A DNA stretch of 64,000 nt from Lytechinus pictus (taxonomy: Eukaryota). The notes under the pieces were generated by a model. That model was not told the origin of the DNA. It saw nothing but the letters and a program-made list of their open reading frames with translations, and did not search any database. The stretch spans positions 34,102,001-34,166,000 of the forward strand of contig NC_087251.1 in the NCBI RefSeq assembly GCF_037042905.1, read 5' to 3'. The translations under genes were made by a program, and so were the position numbers. This document shows positions 25,801 to 37,800 of the stretch, piece after piece. Within the stretch, counting starts at the first letter, position 1; every line of letters begins with the position of its first letter.

Positions 25801-28800
25801 AAAAGGATAGAGTTACTCTGGAGATAAGATTCAGAAAAGCGTATCATACAGTGCATATAGAAATTAAAATAGTAATGATGATATTCAAGAAAATAAGTTT
25901 AAGGTTCTTTGTTTTTAGGAGCTCAAATTATGTGAAAGTATCTTTCTGAGTTTGTTATGTAATGATGACTATATTACTCTACAGGTGCAGTGGTTTACAA
26001 AGTATAACAAGTCATTGGCATCCTACATGAGAACATTAGGACAGGATGGACTTGATCTCACACAGGTAACATGTTTGTTATGAGACTTATGAGTATCGTT
26101 TATTTTTAATTATTATTTATTTTCATTATTTTAGGCTGCAATTTTCTTAACCCACAAGCTTTGCCTTTTTTAGTTCCCCCATTTCCTTATCTACTTTATT
26201 GTACATGAATGAATTATGGAATATATTTGTCATCTACTGTATTTATTTGTATATTTTTAAGGATTTGAAATGCATTTATATGATCTTATGTGTTGTAAAT
26301 ATGTTTTTTTTTAATGATTTGGAAATAGAGACACTGAATTGAATTGAAATTGTTTCATTATTATTTGTTTACTTTACCTGTGCCTGTGAAATGAAGAGTG
26401 ATATGAATGGTTTATATTCACTTGTTGCTATTGTTGGGTTTTAGTAAGGCACAAATAACGTCCAGATGTGAATATTTATGCCTGGTGAACAAGCAGTTGT
26501 CTACATTCTCAGTTAGTCTCTAATACCACATAGGCAAAACCCATTTGGTCCACTATCACTTTGGTCTAATTGCTGTTTGGTCTACAACCCAAATTATTCT
26601 AATTTTGATCTATTGCCTAGTAGTTGGTCTAATTTCCATTTTATCTCCTTATTATTATTTTTTACATTATCTGAGGAAATATATATCGTAAATAATCCAT
26701 CTAACTTTATAGACTGAGTAGTGTTGGACCAAGTGGATATTAGATAAACTGCCTTACTGAATTATCAGACTAATTGGTACATTGCCTAACTAGCAATCAG
26801 ACCAAATGTTTATTCGATGAACTATGAAAATAATGTGTGGGATGAGACCAAATAGAAAGTAGATGAAAGTAGGTGCAGATCAATTAGCAATTTACCATCT
26901 GAATTACTATAAGGCCCCCCCCCCCAATCCAGTGGGTTTTTTTCCCCTTCACATTGTTTATTGTGATATAAATTAGGAAATGCCCTCTCTGTTAGAAATA
27001 GTGGATAATACGTTTAATTAATTTGCACACAAAGTAAACCTTGATATTGTTGTTGTTGTGCCCATGTATATATTTGAAAATAACGATTCCTGGAAGGCGA
27101 TGTGCCAAGGTGCATTACTCTAGTTGTAATGATTTTAAGAAGTTATGTGATTGAAGGTTAGTCTATCATGCATTTACATGTTCACTTGTTCTATTTCGAA
27201 GATGAGGCAAAGCTGATTTGAGAGTATGTATACCTTACAATAGTATTCTGAGGATGCTACTTCCGGGGGGCGTTTCATCAAACAATTAGTCGGTGGTTTT
27301 CTCCGACTAAATGTGATTTTCACCGACTAATTTCATTTTCACCGACAATTTTGCCATCACCGACTAAATTCCATTTCATGAAAATTTGTCGGTGATTTTC
27401 TCCGACAAATTATTGGAAACCACCGACTAATTTTGTCGGTGGCCTTCACCTACCGACAAAACTTATTTTCACCGACTAATCAGCCTTTTGAGGGCCTTTG
27501 CAGCTAAAATCGATCAATTTCAGTTGATTTTGAATATAACATTTTAATAAATTGCTTATTTTTCATTTCATTGAGAAAATTCAAAGAAAATGTATTTATT
27601 TTTAGTCAATGACAAATAAAAAGTAGACATTTCAAGAATAATATTTTCATCTTTAAAACTATATTATATCAATCAATACATAGGAAACATCTTCAAATGT
27701 ACACATTTTTTCAAACATAATTTTCTTTAACCCAAATAAATCATTGTGCATTTTTTAATCAATAATGTCTGAAAAATGCGACCTCATTGACTTTTGTACA
27801 AGTTTTTTCAATGTTCATTAGTGTTGTTGGTGTTGCTGCTGCTGTTGTCATCGTGATTGCTGGAATTGCTGTTTGTTTTTGCTGCTCTTGGTGTTGTGGG
27901 TGTGGTTGTTGCATCTCCTGGTGCAATTAGTTATTTTTGCTACTGATGTTGCTCAAGGTGTTGCCTGTGTTGTTGCTGTTGTCATCGCTGCTACTGCTGC
28001 TGTTTACGAGTGTGGCTGTTGCATCCCCTGATGCATCTATTGATGTTGTCGCTTGTGTTGTTGCTTGTATGATGGCTTGTTAGAATCCTTGCTGTTGGCT
28101 TTGTTTCTACTGTCGTTGTTGCTACTGCTGTTGATGTTTACCACTGTGGTTGTTGCATCTCTTGATGAAGTTATTTATGTTGCGCCCGATGTTCCCTGCA
28201 TGGTTGTTGGAGCTCCTGCTGCTGTTGATGTTGTCGGTGTGGTTGTTGCATCTCTTACTGCAGTTGTAGTTTCAGCTGCTGATGCTGTTGTTGCTCCTGC
28301 TGCTGTCCATGTTCATTGAAGTAACTAAAATGGATTTAATTTATAGAGCATGTGATATTTTATTAATAAAGATATCAATTTCCATCATTATTGATATCAG
28401 TCATTTATTCTTAATTTAATTATCATGTTAAAACTTACATTTTTTTTATTTCTAATGTTTGAAATAAGAACTTTAAGTTCTAAATGGTTAAAATATTGTC
28501 ACCAAAGCCTTATTAAACAATGAAAACAAAAAAGTTAATAACAAAGAAATGCATAAGAAAATGATTAAAATTTCCTCTTTTTTTATACACAATTGATTTT
28601 AATGACTTGGGTTTTTCTCATTGGTTTACCAAAGAAAGGGAGTCAAAATCCAAAATTATCACATTTGGTCTTTATTTCTTGAGCCAAATGCTGATTTCAT
28701 GCAAGAGTCATGTTATCATATTAAAAAAAACAAAAAAACATCAGGAACAGCAGCATGATTTCTGAAGCGAGTGCACAATCAACAGGCAAGATCCTGAGGC

Positions 28801-31800
28801 ACCCCCCCCCCTACCAAGATCATTTGAATTAAATGAGGTTTCATGACTGCTTTTGTAGGCATTACATTTATACAGGCCTACAAGAGATATAATTTTTTTT
28901 TTTTTTTTTTTTTTTTTTTGGGGGGGGTAATCTTCCAGTGTTACTCCCATACAAAGCAGATGGTGATGGGGCGGGGGGGGGGGGGGTATAATAGGAATGC
29001 AGAACAATGGAACATTCATTTACTACTTTGGCAATAGAAAGCAAGTCACACCATCTAGCATTGATTGATATTGGTTGTTTTACAACTGTCCAATAAATAT
29101 CACCATTAATCAATTAAGCATCTAAGCACTTATAGTTGTCATTGTTTTCAAATATTTGAGTAGACCAAATAAAGAAGAAAGCAGTACCAGTAATTTAATA
29201 TTTTTTTTAATGTGACTTTACTTTCTTCGCCAAAGTGAGGCAGTCATAATTAAGTGTGTTTTAACTTACAAGTGACATCACATTTCCTGCCTTCTTGTCT
29301 GGCTCTCCTAAACCTTCAACCATTTATACTTGTGTAACTTTGTATCTCATGTCTGTCTGAAAAGTTTGGTTGAAGCCTCCACCTGAAGGAAAAATAGTAT
29401 TGAAATAACTAATTAAAATATTTGCCATAATCTGGTATTTCTTCTCACATTTATATGAACATGTCTAAAAACAGGAAATAAAACATCTTTTGATTACCAG
29501 GTTTCATATAGAAGGGGGTAAATAAAGGGTTCAAGTTTTTATTATGTTAATAAAAAATACAAACAATAGTAAATGACATATGCTCTGGCTGAGAAACTTA
29601 AAAGGTGAAATTATTCCTCACAATGTAGCTTGTATGTACATACACATGAGCAAGTAGTGCTAAATGGATTGAGGGGTGAGAGCAGGGGCTCCGGAAACCG
29701 GGGGGGGGGGGGGGGGGGGGGGTGCATGTTAGCTGCAGGGTCAGCGGAACGGTTTTTACAGTGAGCGGGCTGACCATGCATAACCAGATGGTCATTTCAT
29801 ATTTTTCAGCCCCCGCACTGTTTTCCAAAACCATGTACAAAAATGTAAAATTGACCATCTGCTTATGATTTTTTGCATTGGTCAGCCCCCACCCCCCCCC
29901 CCACTTTCGGCTCAGCCCCCTCACTTTCAAAACCGTTCTGCTGACCCTGCAGCTAACATGCAAAATATATTGAATCTATTATGTCTTTCATGCTTATGTA
30001 ATGTTTGCATTTCAAACTGACTTTAAATAGAAAATCTGGTCACAGTCCGATTTCATTGTCATTGATGTGGGTTTTTATGATTTTACATTCTGCAACCAAA
30101 TTTTTTAATCATTATCGCATTTTACTAGTCTACATGTTACCTGTGGTTGCATTTCAATCTCAGTATTTCTTCACCCATTGCCAAATCTTCTGTCACATGT
30201 TCATCAGATTGGCCGCTGGCACATTCCTTGCTGTAGTAGACCAGTCAGAGCCTTGCTTTCTAGTTCCAGATCCGTCTTCTTCTGCATACTGTTCAAATGT
30301 CCATAGTCTGAAATTAAAATATTAATAATATCACATTGTTATACATGTAGCAAAGAAAATATGTAGATTTACAGTGATCATTGAAAAATACTGCACTTTC
30401 AATGAATATTGTTGACATTTCATAAAGGGGAATGATCGAATATACCAATCATTTTTCTTCTTTTATTATCCTGAAATTTATAGAATTTACCAACAATCGG
30501 TCAACAATTTATCCTTGTTAATTCATACAATTTTCACTTGATTATAAACAAGACGGTAATTAACACATTAACCATACAAAATAGTAAAACAGCTTTTTCA
30601 ATAATTTTTTTTTTAATTCAAAAATAAAAACAAAGTTTTTTTCTAACTCAATAGCGCTTGGATACCTTGCCGGTTAAAAGCCACGATCAAATTAATAAAA
30701 AATATGAATAGGCTCCTAATTCATAACTGCAGCAAATTGCATCCCCATCAAACTGTCAACTATTTCTGGACTGTGACCTTTGTTCAATGGAACTTTAATA
30801 TGAGATTCAAGGCAGAAAAATACTTGGGATTGATGAGATCCATTCCATATTCTCCTATATTTTTTTCTAATGAAGAGACCTTTAACCTTTACATGCTATT
30901 TAAGGTTAGGTATGACTAGACTCTAACTTTATGTGGTACGACAGTATTTTTCAAAAAATAGATTAAGAGACATTATCAACAATAATTTAATTTATTTACC
31001 CCAATAACACCGATGCTATTGCAGATTCATGCTAAATAGTAATTTGTCTAAAAAATTGACTTAGAAAAATAAAAGCAAAACAAACTTCATAATCGCACAC
31101 AAATGAAGAGCATTATTTCGTCTCCCCCAAATTGGACGATCAATCTCTTTTTTAAAAGGGAGCTATGCAATGGCTCATTTCACTTAGGTGCGCAAAGTCA
31201 AAGATAATTTAAGATAGATCTAGGCCTATAAGCTATACCAGTACGGCCACAGGCCGGGTGCACTATTTAAAACTTAGATCTAATAATTTTTTTATAGGCC
31301 TATCTAGATTTTAATTTTTATTGGGTGTGAACGCACCTCTGCCACAATCGCATCACCCCCCCCCCCCCCCGAATCCTCGCCAGCTGTCGAGAGCCTTCAC
31401 TTCATTCGACTTGTGACTTGCTAAGGCTAAGCCTACATTAATACTAGTTGAGAACATCCACTTTACAAATTTACCACTCACACTATTAATTACCATGTGA
31501 TTTAGCTCCTGTTCAATTCCAATATCTGTAACACAGAATTAGGATGGCCCCATTGGATATGTGTACATTTACAATTGCACACGCTGGTTTGCCTGGTGAT
31601 CAAGGATATCTCCGACCACACCGAGCAACAAAATTATTACAAAACCAAAGGAAATGAAAAAATATGATTTGCAACATAGAATGACATAAAGGTAGAACAA
31701 TATAAAGAATTCTCTTTGCAAAATTTATAAAATTGCAGCCATGTGCGGATCATAAAAACGTGACAGCCGTGAGCCGTGTCGTTAGTTTGGACCCGAGATA

Positions 31801-34800
31801 GTTCTACAGACACAGAAACACGGGTATGGGACTTGACTGGATTTTGTACTGTCAAGTTCACCGATCGTATCGACAGGGGTCCTGCCAGAAGATCCTCTTT
31901 TCTTGTAATTCATTTGATAATCACGCACAACGAATAATTCAATCACCTTACATACAATATGAAGGATATTTTGAAGGGTTTTACTTACGGTAAAATCCTC
32001 ATTCACCTCTACGAGGACCTTCGCTTCTTCTCATTTCTTCGTTTCATTTCAAATGGTCGCGGCGAAAACATCACCCAATTTTACATCTTTTTCACGACTT
32101 TGGGAGTGGGCGTGGCCTAATTAGTCAGCGAACCTCGTTCAAGACGATTTGTAAAATAAAAATTCTCTGACAATAGTCAGAGGAGCTCCGAGAGTTTGAT
32201 GAAACGCATTTTTGTCAGCGCTGACTAAATTGTCAGCGCTGACAATTTTAGTCAGCGCTGACAGTTGTCGCGCGACAATATTGATGAAACACCCCCCTGG
32301 TATTTGTATGTACTCACAGCTGAGGGCTGTACCTTATTTAGGGATAATCAGGGGGGTGTTTCATCAATATTTTCGTCCGACAACTGTCAGCGCTGACTAA
32401 AATTGTCAGCGCTGACAATTTAGTCAGCGCTGACAAAAATTCGTTTCATCAAACTCTCGGAGCTCCTCTGACTATTGTCAGAGAATTTTTATTTTACAAA
32501 TCGTCTTGAACGAGGTTCGCTGACTAATTAGGCCACGCCCACTCCCAAAGTCGTGAAAAAGATGTAAAATTGATTGATGTTTTCGCCACGACGATTCGAA
32601 ATGAAACGAAGAAATGAGAAGAAGCGAAGGTCCTCGTAGAGGTGAATGAGGATTTTACCGTAAGTAAAACCCTTCAAAATGTCGTTCATATTGTATGTAA
32701 GGTGATTGAATTATTCGTTGTGCGTGATTATCAAATGAATTACAAGAAAAGAGGATCTTCTGGCAGGACCCCTGTCGATACGATCGGTGAACTTGACAGT
32801 ACAAAATCCAGTCTAGTCCCATACCCGTGTTTCTGTGTCTGTAGAACTATCTCAGGTCCAAACTAACGACACGGCTCACGGCTGTCACGTTTTAATGATC
32901 CGCACATGGCTGCAATGTTATAAATTTTGCAAAGAGAATTCTTTATATTGTTCTACCTTTATGTCATTCTATGTTGCAAATCATATTTTTTCATTTCCTT
33001 TGGTTTTGTAATAATTTTGTTGCTCGGTGTAGTCGGAGATTGGCTTGATCACCAGGCAAACCAGCGTGTGCAATTGTAAATGTACACATATCCAATGGGG
33101 CCATCCTAATTCTGTGTTACAGAAATTGGAATTGAACAGGAGCTAAATCACATGGTAATAGTGTGAGTGGTAAATTTGTAAAGTGGATGTTCTCAACTAT
33201 TAATGTAGGCTTAGCCTTAGCAAGTCACAAGTCGAATGAAGTGAAGGCTCTCGACAGCTGTCGAGGATTCGGGCGGGGGGGGGGGGGGGGTGATGCGATT
33301 GTGGCAGAGGTGCGTTCACACCCAATAAAAATTAAAATCTAGATATAAAAAAATTATTAGATCTAAGTTTTAAATAGTGCAACCGGCCCGTGGCCGTACT
33401 GGTATAGCTTATAGGCCTAGCCCTAGATCTATCTTAAATTATCTTTGACTTTGCGCACCCAAGTGAAATGAGCCATTTCATAGCTCCCTTTAAAAAAAAT
33501 ATTGATCGTCCAATTTGGGGGAGACGAAATAATGCTCTTCATTTGTGTGCGATTATGAAGTTTGTTTGGCTTTTATTTTTCTAAGTCAATTTTTTAGACA
33601 AATTACTATTTAGCATGAATCTGCAATAGCATCGGTGTTATTGGGGTAAATAAATTAAATTATTGTTGATAATGTCTCTTAATCTATTTTTTGAAAAATA
33701 CTGTCGTACCACATAAAGTTAGAGTCTAGTCATACCTAACCTTAAATAGCATGTAAAGGTTAAAGGTCTCTTCATTAGAAAAAAATATAGGAGAATATGG
33801 AATGGATCTCATCAATCCCAAGTATTTTTCTGCCTTGAATCTCATATTAAAGTTCCATTGAACAAAGGTCACAGTCCAGAAATAGTTGACAGTTTGATGG
33901 GGATGCAATTTGCTGCAGTTATGAATTAGGAGCCTATTCATATTTTTTATTAATTTGATTGTGGCTTTTAACCGGCAAGGTATCCAAGCGCTATTGAGTT
34001 AGAAAAAAACTTTTATTTTTATTTTTTAATTAAAAAAAAAAATTATTGAAAAAGCTGTTTTACTATTTTGTATGGTTAATGTGTTAATTACCGTCTTGTT
34101 TATAATCAAGTGAAAATTATATGAATTAACAAGGATAAATTGTTGACCGATTGTTGGTAAATTCTATAAATTTCAGGATAATAAAAGAAGAAAAATGATT
34201 GGTATATTCGATCATTCCCCTTTATGAAATGTCAACAATATTCATTGAAAGTGCAGTATTTTTCAATGATCACTGTAAATCTACATATTTTTTTTGCTAC
34301 ATGTATAACAATGTGATATTATTAATATTTTAATTTCAGACTATGGACATTTGAACAGTATGCAGAAGAAGACGGATCTGGAACTAGAAAGCAAGGCTCT
34401 GACTGGTCTACTACAGCAAGGAATGTGCCAGCGGCCAATTTGATGAACATGTGACAGAAGATTTGGCAATGGGTGAAGAAATACTGAGATTGAAATGCAA
34501 CCACAGGTAACATGTAGACTAGTAAAATGCGATAATGATTAAAAAATAATGAAGGATATTGTTTTGGTTGCAGAATGTAAAATCATAAAAACCCACATCA
34601 ATGACAATGAAATCGGACTGTGACCGGATTTTCTATTTAAAGTCAGTTTGAAATGCAAACATTACATAAGCATGAAAGACATAATAGATTCAATATATTT
34701 TGCATGTTAGCTGCAGGGTCAGCAGAACGGTTTTGAAAGTGAGGGGGCTGAGCCGAAAGGGGGGGGGGGGGCTGACCAATGCAAAAAATCATAAGCAGAT

Positions 34801-37800
34801 GGTCAATTTTACATTTTTGTACATGGTTTTGGAAAACAGTGCGGGGGCTGAAAAATATGAAATGACCATCTGGTTACAATTTTTTGCATGGTCAGCCCGT
34901 TCACTGTAAAAACCGTTCCGCTGACCCTGCAGCTAACATGCACCCCCCCCCCCCCGCCGGTTTCCGGAGCCCCTGCTCTCACCCCTCAATCCATTTAGCA
35001 CTACTTGCTCATGTGTATGTACATACAAGCTACATTGTGAGGAATAATTTCACTTTTTAAGTTTCTCAGCCAGAGCATATGTCATTTTTACTATTGTTTG
35101 TATTTTTTATTAACATAATAAAAACTTGAACCCTTTATTTACCCCCTTCTATATGAAACCTGGTAATCAAAAGATGTTTTATTTCCTGTTTTTAGACATG
35201 TACATATACATGTGAGAAGAAATACCAGATTATGGCAAATATTTTAATTAGTTATTTCAATACTATTTTTCCTTCAGGTGGAGGCTTCAACCAAACTTTT
35301 CAGACAGACATGAGATACAAAGTTACACAAGTATAAATGGTTGAAGGTTTAGGAGAGCCAGACAAGAAGGCAGGAAATGTGATGTCACTTGTAAGTTAAA
35401 ACACTCTTAATTATGACTGCCTCACTTTGGCGAAGAAAGTAAAGTCACATTAAAAAAAATATTAAATTACTGGTACTGCTCTCTTCTTTATTTGTTCTAC
35501 TCAAATATTTGAAAACAATGACATCTATAAGTGCTTAGATGCTTAATTGATTAATGGTGATATTTATTGGACAGTTGTAAAACAACCAATATCAATCAAT
35601 GCTAGATGGTGTGACTTGCTTTCTATTGCCAAAGTAGTAAATGAATGTTCCATTGTTCTGCATTCCTATTAGACCCCCCCCCCCCCGCCCCATCACCATC
35701 TGCTTTGTATGGGAGTAACACTGGAAGATTACCCCCCCCCCAAAAAAAAAAAAAAAAATTATATCTCTTGTAGGCCTGTATAAATGTAATGCCTACAAAA
35801 GCAGTCATGAAACCTCATTAATTCAAATGATCTTGGTAGGGGGGGGGTGCCTCAGGATCTTGCCTGTTGATTGTGCACTCGCTTCAGAAATCATGCTGCT
35901 GTTCCTGATGTTTTTTTTTTTTTTAATTTAATATGATAACATGACTCTTGCATGAAATCAGCATTTGGCTCAAGAAATAAAGACCAAATGTGATAATTTT
36001 GGATTTTGACTCCCTTTCTTTGGTAAACCAATGAGAAAAACCCAAGTCATTAAAATCAATTGTGTATAAAAAAAGAGGAAATTTTAATCATTTTCTTATG
36101 CATTTCTTTGTTATTAACTTTTTTGTTTTCATTGTTTAATAAGGCTTTGGTGACAATATTTTAACCATTTAGAACTTAAAGTTCTTATTTCAAACATTAG
36201 AAATAAAAAAATGTTTTAACAATGATAATTAAATTAAGAATAAATGACTGATATCAATAATGATGGAAATTGATATCTTTATTAATAAAATATCACATGC
36301 TCTATAAATTAAATCCATTTCAGTTACTTCCATGAACATGGACAGCAGCAGGAGCAACAACAGCATCAGCAGCTGAAACTACAACTGCAGTAAGAGATGC
36401 AACAACCACACCGACAACATCAACAGCAGCAGGAGCTCCAACAATCATGCAGGGAACATCGGGCGCAACATAAATAACTTCATCAAGAGATGCAACAACC
36501 ACAGTGGTAAACATCAACAGCAGTAGCAACAACGACAGTAGAAACAAAGCAAACAGCAAGGATTCTAACAAGCAATCATACAAGCAACAACACAAGCGAC
36601 AACATCAATAGATGCCTCAGGAGATGCAACAGCCACACTCGTAAACAGCAGCAGTAGCAGCGATGACAACAGCAACCACACAGGCACCACCTTGAGCAAC
36701 ATCAGTAGCAAAAATAACTAATTGCACCAGGAGATGCAACAACCACACCCACAACACCAAGAGCAGCAAAAACAAACAGCAATTCCAGCAATCACGATGA
36801 CAACAGCAGCAGCAACACCAACAACACTAATGAACATTGAAAAAACTTGTACAAAAGTCAATGAGGTCGCATTTTTCAGACATTATCAGACATTATTGAT
36901 TAAAAAATGCACAATGATTTATTTGGGTTAAAGAAAATTATGTTTGAAAAAATGTGTACATTTGAAGATGTTTCCTATGTATTGATTGATATAATATAGT
37001 TTTAAAGATGAAAATATTATTCTTGAAATGTCTACTTTTTATTTGTCATTGACTAAAAATAAATACATTTTCTTTGAATTTTCTCAATGAAATGAAAAAT
37101 AAGCAATTTATTAAAATGTTACATTCAAAATCAACTGAAATTGATCGATTTTAGCTGCAAAGGCCCTCAAAAGGCTGATTAGTCGGTGAAAATAAGTTTT
37201 GTCGGTAGGTGAAGGCCACCGACAAAATTAGTCGGTGGTTTCCAATAATTTGTCGGAGAAAATCACCGACAAATTTTCATGAAATGGAATTTAGTCGGTG
37301 ATGGCAAAATTGTCGGTGAAAATGAAATTAGTCGGTGAAAATCACATTTAGTCGGAGAAAACCACCGACTAATTGTTTGATGAAACGCCCCCCTGATTAT
37401 TTCTACTAGAATTAAACAGCAAAAGACATAATTATAATCATAAATAAAGAAACAACACTTTCCACTAACATGTTTTTGTTATGGTTCATTCAATGATAAA
37501 TTATTTAGGAATTGATATTTCATTTCTTTTCTCTTTCTCCTGGTGTTCATCTCCATTTACTGCTTTCATGCATACTTTATCATATAGGACCGCAGCCCTC
37601 CAAAGAGCCTATACGTAGAGGTAAGATATTATCATATTATATTGAATGCCTTAGAATAGGATTCCAAAAATATTCCACAAGTTAGTATAAAGTATTGCAT
37701 GATTGCAGATGCATTGAATAATTCCATCTCTCGTGGTGTAGTCATAATAATTAAGACATTTTTTTCCGTTTTCAATTAACTTACAAAAAGTGTGTAGTGT

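Larger units (their letters stand above)
27265..32297 (-). mobile_element. ~5.03-kb decayed Harbinger/PIF-like element, copy 1 (left arm of the giant inverted repeat)
   Basis: TIR GGGGGGCGTTTCATCAA...TTGATGAAACACCCCCC, subterminal CACCGAC/GTCGGTG and GTCAGCGCTGAC repeats, right flank CTGGTATTT. It is the reverse complement of 32351-37393 along its whole length. Confidence 0.85.

Noticed and set aside
30704..33941. Identical mirrored ORF pairs (30704/33726, 31782/32642, 28053/36320, 30005/34322) as duplicated genes
   Set aside because: They simply reflect the inverted repeat, are short, and have no recognisable domains.
27265..37393. Palindrome as a pure sequencing fold-back artefact
   Set aside because: Considered unlikely: the arms end exactly at element TIRs, have a unique spacer, and differ by multi-base indels and substitutions. 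It cannot be fully excluded without long reads.
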